32,453 bases of DNA from Pseudomonadota bacterium. GTDB taxonomy: Bacteria; Bdellovibrionota; FAC87; UBA2466. The notes under the pieces were generated by a model. That model was not told where the DNA came from. It ran no database searches and worked only from the letters and a program-made list of their open reading frames with translations. Shown here in pieces: positions 20,966 through 29,829 of the stretch. The stretch's first letter is position 1. Every line of letters starts with the position of its first letter. The position numbers and the translations under genes were made by a program. Location: the NCBI GenBank assembly GCA_043767805.1, contig JAYUGC010000084.1:1-32453 (forward strand), written 5' to 3'.

Positions 20966-21933
20966 TACTTAAGCCATCCCTTCTTAGCCATGGGGCTTGC
21001 GAAATAGGTCACGATGATTTGGGCCCCCGCCCGCGCAATCGCCGTCAAATTCTCCAAAGCGAGCTTTCTCTCATCGGCCATGCCCTTTGCGGCGAGCTCT
21101 TTTACCATCTGATACTCGGCGCTGACACTATAGGCAGCGACGGGAACCGTCGACCGTTCCCTGAAAGTTTGGATGATATCGAGGTAGGCCAAAGCCGGCT
21201 TCACCATAACGATGTCGGCGCCCTCTTCCAAATCGAGCTCGAGCTCACGGACCGCTTCGGTGGAGCTTCGGAAATCCATCTGATAGGTCGAACGATCGCC
21301 CTTCTTGGGCGAGCTGTCGAGAGCTTCCCGGAAGGGACCGTAGTAGCTGGACGCGTACTTCGCGGTGTAGGCGAGAATGCCCGTTTCGGAGTGGCCGGCG
21401 TTATCGAGTTTTTTGCGGATGGCGCCGATTCTTCCGTCCATCATGTCGGACGGCGCCACGAAATCCGCCCCTGCCTGCGCGTGAACCAGGGCCATCTGGG
21501 CGAGCGGCTCGAGGGACGCGTCGTTATCGATGCGATCGCCGTCCAAGACTCCGCAATGGCCGTGAGACGTGTAGGGGCAAAGACAGACATCCGTGAAAAG
21601 CACCGGATCGTCGCCAAAACGCTCGCGCAATTTCTTTAAGGCCTGAGGGATTTGAGCGCCGGATTTCAAGGACGCCGAGCCCAGCTCGTCTTTATGGCCA
21701 GAGCCGCCAAAAAGCAAAAAGGATTTCACTCCGCGCTCGAGGTCTCCCTCGATTTGCTTCGAAAGGGCGTCGATGCCGTACCGATTGACTTCGGTGAAGC
21801 CGCTAATGGGATCGATGGCCCCGGGCTTGTCGGCGAGGAAGTAAGGTTGAACGAGTTGCTCCAGCGAAAGGCGCACTTCGCGCACGAGATTTCGGGTCGA
21901 CTCTTTGGCTCTGAGGCGTCTCGGTCTTTTCAT
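20965..21933 (-). CDS. hemB: Porphobilinogen synthase (ALA dehydratase)
   Basis: RPRRLR start, Zn site DVCLCPYTSHGHCG, APSDMMDGR, KYASSYYGPFR, MVKPALAYLD. True start is ATG 21933 (ATGA overlap with the hemD stop), not 22215. Confidence 0.97.
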   Translation of the reverse strand: MKRPRRLRAKESTRNLVREVRLSLEQLVQPYFLADKPGAIDPISGFTEVNRYGIDALSKQIEGDLERGVKSFLLFGGSGHKDELGSASLKSGAQIPQALKKLRERFGDDPVLFTDVCLCPYTSHGHCGVLDGDRIDNDASLEPLAQMALVHAQAGADFVAPSDMMDGRIGAIRKKLDNAGHSETGILAYTAKYASSYYGPFREALDSSPKKGDRSTYQMDFRSSTEAVRELELDLEEGADIVMVKPALAYLDIIQTFRERSTVPVAAYSVSAEYQMVKELAAKGMADERKLALENLTAIARAGAQIIVTYFASPMAKKGWLK

Positions 21934-22604
21934 AGCACTTCCCCTACTCGGGCCAAGTCGCCTCCCGGGATTTCCCGGAAGTCCTTGAGACCCCGCCTTT
22001 GCAAGCTTTCGGACGTAAACTTTCCCATGGAAACTAGACTCGCGCCCTGAGGCAACGCTCCGCTGGCCAGCAACGCTTCCAAGGAGGAAGGGCTCGTCAG
22101 GACGACGGCCGCCACGCCTGCGGGAATCTTCCCGAGGCTTTGCAGGGGAAACGTGCGGTACAAAGTAAGGCGCTCGACTTTCGCCCCACCCTCTTCCAGC
22201 TTCTGCGGCAACCACGGACGGCCGCCTTCGGCACCGGCGATAAGCACGCGTTTACCGCGCACTCCGTGTAGGGCCATGAACTCTTCGAAAAAACCTTCGG
22301 AGCCCGATTGCGTTGGCACGAAGCTCGCCGCGGCGCCGAGTTTCTCGGCGGTCGCGCGCCCCATGGCCGCAAGGCGTGTGCCTTTGGGCAAGCCGCCGAG
22401 GGCGGTCTTCCAATATTCCACGGAGCGAGGACTTGGGAAAATAATCCAATCGGGCGGCTCGGAGAACACTCTCGATTTGGCCTCGGGGGAAATGTCCGCG
22501 CCTTCGAAACGAAGGACCTGAACCTGAATCCACTCGACGGCCTCGCCGCGGACTTTCAGTCCCTGAGGCAGCGACTCATGGTCGCCTGTGATTAAGACTT
22601 TCAT
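21930..22604 (-). CDS. hemD: Uroporphyrinogen-III synthase
   Basis: DWIIFPSPRSV, AAMGRATA, GRPWLPQKL, LYRT, LTSPSS. Lies between hemC and hemB. Confidence 0.85.
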   Translation of the reverse strand: MKVLITGDHESLPQGLKVRGEAVEWIQVQVLRFEGADISPEAKSRVFSEPPDWIIFPSPRSVEYWKTALGGLPKGTRLAAMGRATAEKLGAAASFVPTQSGSEGFFEEFMALHGVRGKRVLIAGAEGGRPWLPQKLEEGGAKVERLTLYRTFPLQSLGKIPAGVAAVVLTSPSSLEALLASGALPQGASLVSMGKFTSESLQRRGLKDFREIPGGDLARVGEVL

Positions 22605-23545
22605 TTGGTGCGCTCCTTGAAATAGCGCACCGTCGCGTCGATGAGAGCGGCGTCGCTCGCGGACTCCATTTCAAACTCGTGAAAGCCGATCCAGTCTTTC
22701 TTGCCTCCTTTGCGATCCCGGCTTTGCCCGAGAAACGCGCGAACTTGCATGACGCCCTTCGCACTGGTCGCCGTGCAACGCACGCCGAGAGGAAGCGTGC
22801 AGCCGCCGTCCATGCCTCGCAAAATCTTCCGTTCCGTGGAGACTTCCCGAAACGCCACGGCATCGTGAAACTTGAGTAGGCCTTGAAGAAGGGCGGGCGC
22901 GACGTCTTCGCGGGTCTCGATGCCGACGACGCCTTGCGCGGGGGCGGAGACGAACCGATCTTCGGGTAAATCGAAAGGCACGACGCCGGAAAGGTCGGCG
23001 CCCAAACGGGCGAGTCCCGCTCCGGCCAAAACGACCGCATCGCATTTACCGGTACTCGCCAAAGCCACGCGGGTCGGCACGTTGCCGCGAATGGGAACGA
23101 TTTTGAGATCGGGCCGGACCGCCAAGAGCTGGGCCTCCCGGCGGAGCGAGCTCGTTCCCACGATGGCCCTTTGGGGAAGGCTCAAGAGATCGGTCGGCGA
23201 ATGCTTGGCGGGATGAATGAGCAGGCGATCTCGGGTGACTTCCCGTTTCGAGACCGCCGTGAGCTTCAGGCCTTCGGGCTGCTGAGTCGGCAAATCTTTT
23301 AGGGAGTGCACGGCGAGGTCGACTTCGCCTCTGAGAAGCGCGGCTTCCAAGTGCTTCGTGAAAACCCCGGGATAAAGCGGGTCCATCTCGTAGAGCGGGG
23401 TTTTGAGATCGGCGTCGCCGTGGCTATCCACTTCGACCAGACGGACGGATACCCCGGAGTTGGCTAGCGCCGCGCGCACCATCTCGGATTGCACTCGGGC
23501 GAGCGCACTCTTTCGGGTACCTAAAAGGAATGAGACGAGTTCCAC
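22601..23545 (-). CDS. hemC: Hydroxymethylbilane synthase (porphobilinogen deaminase)
   Basis: GTRKSALA, AVHSLKDLPT, VGTSSLRR, IRGNVPTR, APAQG, cofactor Cys in GGCTLPLG. GTG 23545 fits the AGGAG spacing better than TTG 23551. Confidence 0.96.
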   Translation of the reverse strand: MELVSFLLGTRKSALARVQSEMVRAALANSGVSVRLVEVDSHGDADLKTPLYEMDPLYPGVFTKHLEAALLRGEVDLAVHSLKDLPTQQPEGLKLTAVSKREVTRDRLLIHPAKHSPTDLLSLPQRAIVGTSSLRREAQLLAVRPDLKIVPIRGNVPTRVALASTGKCDAVVLAGAGLARLGADLSGVVPFDLPEDRFVSAPAQGVVGIETREDVAPALLQGLLKFHDAVAFREVSTERKILRGMDGGCTLPLGVRCTATSAKGVMQVRAFLGQSRDRKGGKKDWIGFHEFEMESASDAALIDATVRYFKERTK

Positions 23546-23585
23546 TTTCAACTCCTACGACTCGAGCGGCCTTCGAGGACTGACC

Positions 23586-24794
23586 TCAAAGGGGAAAAGA
23601 TCCGCCGCTGTCGCTCCGGAGGATAGTACGAAGGTGCTTCTGCGAATGGTAGAGATTCTTGCGGATTAACTTTTCCGCCCAAATGCGGATTTGCTCTTGA
23701 AACTCAGGGGGGATTTCCCCGTTTAAACCCTTGATGGCGAGTGCGAGCTCTTCGAGCACTTGGGGCTCGATGCTGCTGAAGTCTTTCAAGACCGGCGCTT
23801 GCTTGAGGCGCAGGAAGTAATCCCGCATGGCCTCTTCGATGATAATTTCCGCGTCCTTCACGGCTTTGGCGCGAAGCTCGGTATTCTCACGCGCTTCTTC
23901 CCGCAGATCGCGCAGGCGCACGACCGTGACCTTGTGATCGCAGCCAGGCTCCTCGACGTCCGGCGGCTCGGCGAAATCGAAAAAGAGATGCTGGCCCCAG
24001 TTGAGCTTATCGAAGAACTCGCGGCCAAAAATCGGGGTCGGGCTCGCGGTGGCCGTGAAGAGGTGACTGAACTCCGGCGGACGGGCCAGGAAATCGGACA
24101 ATGAAACCAGCTCGACGCCCGCTAGCTTAGCTTCCGGATAAGCGCGAAGTGCTTCGACGTTGCGGTTCGCCCAAACGACCGGAGTTCCCGGACGGTTCTT
24201 GGCGAGCCACTGCAAAACGTGGAGGCACATGGGGCTGCGGCCGACGATGGCGACTTTCTTCAGAGGATACGCGCCTTCCATGCTCTCCAAATGGCGCATG
24301 CCGAGGGCGGCGACCGACACCGTCTTTTCGCCGATGGGTGTCTCGGTGCGGACCCGTTTCGCAGTCTCAAAAGCGAGATGAAACGCGCGATCGAGAGACG
24401 ACGATGGGCCGAGTGGCGTCGTGCGGTGCGCTTCTTTCAGCTGACCTAAAATCTGAGGTTCGCCGAGCACGAGAGACTCGAGCGACGTCGCGACCCGCAG
24501 CAGGTGGCGGATGGCGGACTTACCTTCGAGATGGTAACCGCGGAAAAACGCGTCTTCACCCAGGCCGAAGTGGGCGAGAAGCTGCATCCATTGGGCGCGC
24601 GAATCGGAATAGTAGTTCGCGGCGGTGGTATAGAACTCCACGCGGTTGCAGGTATAGACGTAGATCAAATCCTCGAAGCCGAACTGCTTAAGCGCACGGA
24701 GGCGCTCTTCCCGCACCGCGGGATCTAAGTACAGTTTCTGGCGCATCTCAGAATCGCTGCGCCGGAAGTCGGTTCCCCATAAGTGTAGCGTCAT
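23586..24794 (-). CDS. hemA: Glutamyl-tRNA reductase
   Basis: Catalytic TCNRVEFY, HLLRVATSLESLVLGEPQILGQLK, AKRVRTET, SVA, ANRN, DFAEPPDVE. Confidence 0.93.
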   Translation of the reverse strand: MTLHLWGTDFRRSDSEMRQKLYLDPAVREERLRALKQFGFEDLIYVYTCNRVEFYTTAANYYSDSRAQWMQLLAHFGLGEDAFFRGYHLEGKSAIRHLLRVATSLESLVLGEPQILGQLKEAHRTTPLGPSSSLDRAFHLAFETAKRVRTETPIGEKTVSVAALGMRHLESMEGAYPLKKVAIVGRSPMCLHVLQWLAKNRPGTPVVWANRNVEALRAYPEAKLAGVELVSLSDFLARPPEFSHLFTATASPTPIFGREFFDKLNWGQHLFFDFAEPPDVEEPGCDHKVTVVRLRDLREEARENTELRAKAVKDAEIIIEEAMRDYFLRLKQAPVLKDFSSIEPQVLEELALAIKGLNGEIPPEFQEQIRIWAEKLIRKNLYHSQKHLRTILRSDSGGSFPL

Positions 24795-24805
24795 GGTTAC
24801 TGTAA

Positions 24806-24848
24806 AGGATAACAGTCCTCACCCCGTGTTATGTCACGGCAATGTCAT
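24806..24848 (-). promoter_or_regulatory. Candidate hem operon promoter with OmpR/PhoB-type direct repeat
   Basis: Extended -10 TGtTATCCT (24806-24814, minus). Direct repeat ATGTCAC-GGCA-ATGTCAT (24831-24848 as read on +, 11-bp period) covers the -35 region. Confidence 0.5.
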
Positions 24849-25055
24849 GCGCCTGCGAGTCCGGCACCCAAAATTAGGGCAATAATTCCATTGAGTTAGC
24901 ACAAGCATTTTACCTGACTTCCCCCTCACTGTGTATACGGAAGCCATCGGCAAGGATTGGGGGCAGCCTGGGCAAGGGATCGAGAGTTGCGGCAGCGAGT
25001 TCGCTATTCCCGTCGTCTCGTTTGGCGCGGGGTCAGCACTGCCTCGAAGCAGCCG

Positions 25056-26219
25056 CTATTTCTTAGCGATGTCTTTCACGGCTTTCGCCGACCAGTTCTT
25101 CCAGCTCTGCACGTCTTCCGCCGAGTAGTCCTTGCCCGAGATTTTACGGAGAATGCCGTGGGCGAGCTCCTTGTGGTCAGGCTGCTTGGATTGGATGAGG
25201 TCTACCAACACCGGGATGGACGGCAAGACTTCGTCGCGCGCTTTCGGCGAGTGCATTACCTGGAGATAAATCACATACAAACCCTTGGAGCGATCGGACA
25301 CGCGCGGGAACTCCAAGCTTTGCAGCACGGGCGGGAGCGGGATCACGAGCTCCGCGTGGTACTCGGCGATGTCGCCCAATACCCGGAGCGCGTTGTTTCT
25401 GACGAGAGGCTCGGGATCTCGGATGCGTCCCAGCATCTGGCTCACCACCGCTTTGCCGTCTTTGTGATACGCGAGCAAGTAAGTCGCCGACGCGCGCCAC
25501 TCGCCGCGCTTGTCCTTTTCCTGAATCTCGGTGAGCTCCTTGTAATGCTTCTTCACGCCGTCGACGAAAATCTTTTCGTATTTTTTCAGCTTCGCGTGGG
25601 TATGACCGAAGGGACAATGAAACGCGGGGCAAGACGCCGCTTCGGGCTCGAGCATGCCGGACTCCACCAAACGGAGCGCTTCGTCCTCATACCCCATCCA
25701 CTGCTGAATGAGATTTTCCGGGTCCGTTAAGGTGCTCTTTGGGGCTTCGAAGAACGGCATGCGGCGAGCGACGTCTTGTTTCTCCACCACGTCGAGCGTG
25801 ATGTGAATCGCCATGTCGCCCGGTTCGAAATACTGAACGATACTCCAATCCGCGGCCGCGAACCCGAACTGATCCAGCACGCGCTTGGCGAGCTTCTGCT
25901 CCATCTCGACTGAAGCCGCGTCGCCCTTCAAACCTTTATCAACCCATTCGTCGAGGTCCTTGCCGAGAGTCTTTTTCAAAATCACCGAGTTGACTCGCGA
26001 GCTGCCGTAGGTCTCGACGGAAGCGACGTAAGGCTTGGCTTGTTCCGCGCCCTCTTCGTCACCTTCCATTCCTTTCGGAACGACCACCGCTTCTTTGCCG
26101 GGAGGCGCCTTGCCCTCGACTTTTTTTACGGCCGCGGAAGGTTTGCCGAGCGGGAGCGTGGTCTCACCGAGGGCAAAGGAAACCATGAGAAAGCAGAGGG
26201 AAAGTAGGGCCGTCTTCAT
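25056..26219 (-). CDS. Exported protein with C-terminal HEAT/armadillo-like helical repeats
   Basis: Signal peptide MKTALLSLCFLMVSFALG. HEAT-like RDPEPLVRNNALRVLGDIA and IPVLVDLIQSKQPDH. CPAFHCPFGH motif. Confidence 0.75.
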   Translation of the reverse strand: MKTALLSLCFLMVSFALGETTLPLGKPSAAVKKVEGKAPPGKEAVVVPKGMEGDEEGAEQAKPYVASVETYGSSRVNSVILKKTLGKDLDEWVDKGLKGDAASVEMEQKLAKRVLDQFGFAAADWSIVQYFEPGDMAIHITLDVVEKQDVARRMPFFEAPKSTLTDPENLIQQWMGYEDEALRLVESGMLEPEAASCPAFHCPFGHTHAKLKKYEKIFVDGVKKHYKELTEIQEKDKRGEWRASATYLLAYHKDGKAVVSQMLGRIRDPEPLVRNNALRVLGDIAEYHAELVIPLPPVLQSLEFPRVSDRSKGLYVIYLQVMHSPKARDEVLPSIPVLVDLIQSKQPDHKELAHGILRKISGKDYSAEDVQSWKNWSAKAVKDIAKK

Positions 26220-26284
26220 ATCCTTAATTGTAGCAGCTTTCCGACGGAAGCGACCGGGCGGGCGGCCGAGCGGGAACGCGGCGC

Positions 26285-26323
26285 AAAAAGAAACCCCGCC
26301 GACTTCGCAGTCAGCGGGGCTCC
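26285..26323 (-). terminator. Rho-independent terminator
   Basis: Minus strand GAGCCCCGCTGACT-GCGA-AGTCGGCGGGGTTTC followed by TTTTT, just after the 26348 stop. Confidence 0.85.
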
Positions 26324-26347
26324 CTTTAATGACTAGTCGCGTAGCGC

Positions 26348-27307
26348 TTAGAGCGATAGGCCGAGGATGGCCTGGAACGCACCCTTCGCAAAGCCGTTCG
26401 CGATATCGAGTCCGCGGTTGTCGGCGGTCAAGAAGTTGTCCGTGTAGAACGCGACACCGATGGTCGCATTCGGGGCAACCGCGTACGTCAGCTCAGGCCA
26501 GGTATAAACGAAATGGTCCCACTTTCCGCCGCGCGCCGCCGGAGCGAAATCCCGGTTCTTCGTCTGATGGAAGAAGAGCGGAAGGCTGAAGGCAAAGCCT
26601 TTGCCCAAATCGAAATCGGCGATGAAGTAGAGACGGTTTTCGAAAGCGATGTTCGCCGTCGTGCCCGTTCCGGCCCGGCTGGAGAAGTAAGGAATCGGAA
26701 GCTCCATGAACGACAACGTTACCGCGCTCGAAGCCTTGTAAGCGAGTTTGAAGTAGTTGCGGATGAACGTAATACCGCCCGCATCCCGGAACGCCGCGCG
26801 GGTCGGAAGATAAACGCGGGGCTCGAAACCGAAGGAGAGTTTCTCCGTCTGGTAGATGTTGTTGAACTTCGCCCGGATGAAACTGTCTTGGATGATGACG
26901 TCGGCGCCGGTGCGGGAAGGCTTACTGCTTCTCACGTTGGTGTCGATGTACTGAACCGCGCCAATCTCGAAGTTCGGGTTGAACTGATAACCCAAGCCCA
27001 AGGTATTTTCCGTGGTGAAGTTATTCGGGCCCTTGGCCGTCGCCGTGGGGCGCATTTCGAGAACGCCCGTGATGCGCTCGTTGGAAGGCGGCTGAATCGC
27101 GATGGCCGAAGCCGTCGACGGGTTGGTGACGGTCGCCGTGTCGGGAGCGACAGGACCCGTGGTCGACGCGGCTACGGTGACCGGCTTCGTGTCTAGCGCA
27201 GCCACTTTCGGAGTGGCTTTAGCTTTGTTCACGGCCGTTTTCTTCGCGGGGGCCGCAAAGCCCACCGACGCCGAAAGAAAAACCGACAAAAGGATCGTGT
27301 GCTTCAT
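26348..27307 (-). CDS. Probable outer-membrane beta-barrel protein
   Basis: Signal peptide, Ala/Lys/Thr/Pro-rich linker, then alternating aromatic-rich strands (TLGLGYQF, FGFEPRVYLP, ENRLYFIADFDL, VYTWPELTYAV, FQAILGLSL). AGGAG SD and its own terminator. Confidence 0.7.
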   Translation of the reverse strand: MKHTILLSVFLSASVGFAAPAKKTAVNKAKATPKVAALDTKPVTVAASTTGPVAPDTATVTNPSTASAIAIQPPSNERITGVLEMRPTATAKGPNNFTTENTLGLGYQFNPNFEIGAVQYIDTNVRSSKPSRTGADVIIQDSFIRAKFNNIYQTEKLSFGFEPRVYLPTRAAFRDAGGITFIRNYFKLAYKASSAVTLSFMELPIPYFSSRAGTGTTANIAFENRLYFIADFDLGKGFAFSLPLFFHQTKNRDFAPAARGGKWDHFVYTWPELTYAVAPNATIGVAFYTDNFLTADNRGLDIANGFAKGAFQAILGLSL

Positions 27308-27450
27308 CTTTAGAGCTCCTGAAAATTAACTTAGCTTTTAGGGAACCGAGGCGATCTCATAGCATGGCGAATTCCGGGTTAGCAACGCATAACTCGGGGC
27401 GGCTAGGGCCAAGATTTCACAGGTTTAGATCAATTTTTCGGGAGGCGAGC

Positions 27451-27479
27451 TTGGCGGCGGCCCCGGAGCGTTCTAAGTT
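27451..27479 (+). promoter_or_regulatory. Candidate sigma-70 promoter, leaderless geometry
   Basis: TTGGCG-17 nt-TAAGTT, then 6 nt to ATG 27486. No SD. Confidence 0.5.
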
Positions 27480-27485
27480 GTCGAA

Positions 27486-29558
27486 ATGGCCGAAGTAAAA
27501 ACCAAACCAAACCGCCTCGCCAAAGAGGCCAGCCCTTACCTGCGCCAGCACGCGCACAACCCCGTTGATTGGTACCCCTGGGGTAACGATGCTCTGAGCC
27601 GGGCGAAACGAGAACAAAAACCCATTTTCCTCTCCATCGGGTACTCCGCCTGCCATTGGTGCCATGTCATGGAGCGGGAAAGCTTCGAGGATCAGGAAAC
27701 CGCGGAGCTGATGAATCAGCACTTCGTAAACATCAAGGTCGACCGGGAAGAACGGCCCGACCTCGACCACATTTACATGACGGCGGTTCAAGCCATGACC
27801 CAGCACGGGGGATGGCCGATGTCGGTTTTTCTCACGCCCGAGCAGAAGCCCTTTTATGGCGGCACCTACTTTCCGCCCATCGACCGCATGGGAATGCCGT
27901 CTTTCAAGAAAATCCTCGCGGGGGTTTCGAACGCTTGGACCACGCGCAAAGAGGAAGTGCAGCAGTCGGCCGGCCAGCTCATGGAAGCGCTGAAAAACTT
28001 GGAGAGCGGCACGCGCATGGAAGGCGCCCAAAAGCTCGTCCCCGAAATCTTGCGCCAAGCCGTGCTCTCTTATGCTTCCGTCTTCGATCCGGTGAATGGC
28101 GGATTCGGCAATGCGCCCAAGTTTTTTCATTCGATGGATGTGCGCCAGGTGCTTCGCCATTGGTGGCGCACGAAAGACGCCGACGCGCTCGAGATGGTCA
28201 CGACGACGCTCGATCATTGGTCGAGAGGCGGCATTTACGATCACCTGGGCGGCGGTTTTCACCGTTACTCGACGGATCCCGAATGGCTCGCGCCGCATTT
28301 CGAAAAAATGCTTTATGACAACGCCCTCGTCTCCGAGTGCTTTCTCGAAGGCTATCAGGCGACCCGCAATCCCCACTACGCCCACGTCGCGCGCGAAACG
28401 CTCGATTACGTTTTGCGTGAAATGCGCTCGCCCGAAGGCGCCTTCTACAGCACCCAAGACGCCGATACCGAGGGAGAAGAAGGTAAGTTCTACGTCTGGA
28501 CGAAAGCCGAAATCCTGGCCCATCTCGAGAAGGACGTGGCCGAGGCCTTCGCGGCGGTCTACGACGTCACTCCTTCCGGCAACTGGGAAGGCAAAACGAT
28601 CTTGCGCCTAAAGAAGACGTTCGCCGAGCACGCGGAGGCCTTGGGCACCGACGTGGATTCCTTGGAAGCGACTCTAGCGGTCGCGCGTCGCAAGCTCTTG
28701 GAAGTGCGCGCGCGGCGGACGCCGCCCTTTCGCGACGAGAAAATCCTCGCGTCTTGGAACGGCTTGATGATCGATACGCTCGCGAAAGCGGCGGTCATCC
28801 TGGGCGACCCGGGTTACGCCGTCGCGGCTCGCGCGGCGATGACGTCGCTCTGGGAGAAGCTCTATTCCGGTGAACGGCTCCTTCATCAGATGAAGGAAGG
28901 CTTCGGCATGCTGGACGGCTACCTCGACGATCACGCCTGTCTCGCGCAAGCTTGTATCTCCCTCTTCGAGCTCGACGGCGACGTGCAATGGATCGAAAAG
29001 GCGAGAAAGCTCATGGACGCCGTTCTCACTGATTTCTGGGACGGCTCGGGAGGTTTCTTTTTCGTCGGCAAGGAGCACGAGAAGCTCATATTGCGGCCTC
29101 GCGACAGCCATGACGGCGCCATGCCCTCCGGCTCTTCCATGGCGGTCACGGCGCTCCTTCGGCTCGGCAATGTGTGCGGCGATTTGAAATACCTTCTCAA
29201 AGCGGAAGAAGCTCTGAAGGCGCAGGAGCCCTTGCTGCGCCAGGTACCGCGAGCGGCGGGGCAAATGGTGTTGGCGCTCGATTTGTACCTCGCGCCGCCA
29301 CAGCAGGTATATCTCGTCGAAGGCGATTCGCCCGAAGAGTTCGAGTCCTGTCTCGAGAAAGTGCGCGGAACGTTCGCGCCTCACCGGGTGGTGGGGATTA
29401 AGCGTAAGGGCGTCGATCTAGAGAAGTTTAGAGAGCTCGTTCCGGCGGCGGCCGACAAGACCGCGCAAAAAGGAATGACGACGGTATTTGTTTGCGAGCG
29501 CTTCGCGTGTCAGCGCCCGCTGGTGGGCGAGGCCGAGGTCGAGGCATGGACAAAGTAG
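27486..29558 (+). CDS. Thioredoxin-domain protein, YyaL/SSP411 (DUF255) family
   Basis: [80 protein letters not shown]. Confidence 0.94.
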   Translation: MAEVKTKPNRLAKEASPYLRQHAHNPVDWYPWGNDALSRAKREQKPIFLSIGYSACHWCHVMERESFEDQETAELMNQHFVNIKVDREERPDLDHIYMTAVQAMTQHGGWPMSVFLTPEQKPFYGGTYFPPIDRMGMPSFKKILAGVSNAWTTRKEEVQQSAGQLMEALKNLESGTRMEGAQKLVPEILRQAVLSYASVFDPVNGGFGNAPKFFHSMDVRQVLRHWWRTKDADALEMVTTTLDHWSRGGIYDHLGGGFHRYSTDPEWLAPHFEKMLYDNALVSECFLEGYQATRNPHYAHVARETLDYVLREMRSPEGAFYSTQDADTEGEEGKFYVWTKAEILAHLEKDVAEAFAAVYDVTPSGNWEGKTILRLKKTFAEHAEALGTDVDSLEATLAVARRKLLEVRARRTPPFRDEKILASWNGLMIDTLAKAAVILGDPGYAVAARAAMTSLWEKLYSGERLLHQMKEGFGMLDGYLDDHACLAQACISLFELDGDVQWIEKARKLMDAVLTDFWDGSGGFFFVGKEHEKLILRPRDSHDGAMPSGSSMAVTALLRLGNVCGDLKYLLKAEEALKAQEPLLRQVPRAAGQMVLALDLYLAPPQQVYLVEGDSPEEFESCLEKVRGTFAPHRVVGIKRKGVDLEKFRELVPAAADKTAQKGMTTVFVCERFACQRPLVGEAEVEAWTK

Positions 29559-29824
29559 TCATCGTCGATAAGCCCATCGAGCCCGGAGAGGTCCGCTGCA
29601 TTCAGGCCGACAAGAAGCCGGTCGCGGTGTGGAACGTGGACGGCACTTATTACGCGGCGGAGGATTTCTGCCCGCATCTCGGCGGTCCGCTTTCGGAGGG
29701 TCCGCTCGAGGGGCACTTCGTGACGTGCCCCTGGCACGCGGCGAAGTTCGATCTCACGACGGGAGAGCCGGTGTCAGGGCCTTGTAAAAGGCCTCTGGTC
29801 CGCTACCGCGTCCTTCGCTCGTAA
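29546..29824 (+). CDS. Rieske [2Fe-2S] ferredoxin
   Basis: CPHLGGPL and CPWHAAKFD ligand motifs. Start revised to ATG 29546 (MDKVVIVD), overlapping the upstream gene end. Confidence 0.92.
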   Translation: MDKVVIVDKPIEPGEVRCIQADKKPVAVWNVDGTYYAAEDFCPHLGGPLSEGPLEGHFVTCPWHAAKFDLTTGEPVSGPCKRPLVRYRVLRS

Positions 29825-29829
29825 AGGAG

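Noticed and set aside
21934..22215. Apparent 94-aa N-terminal extension or fusion on HemB
   Set aside because: Off-frame read through hemD; HemB begins at MKRPRRLR (21933).
24935..25055. tRNA or SRP RNA in the hemA upstream gap
   Set aside because: No T-loop/cloverleaf and no SRP GGAA-tetraloop helix, despite a GAAGCAGCC substring.
27417..29384. Antisense ORFs 27417-28523 and 28674-29384
   Set aside because: Shadows of the strongly conserved YyaL-like gene.
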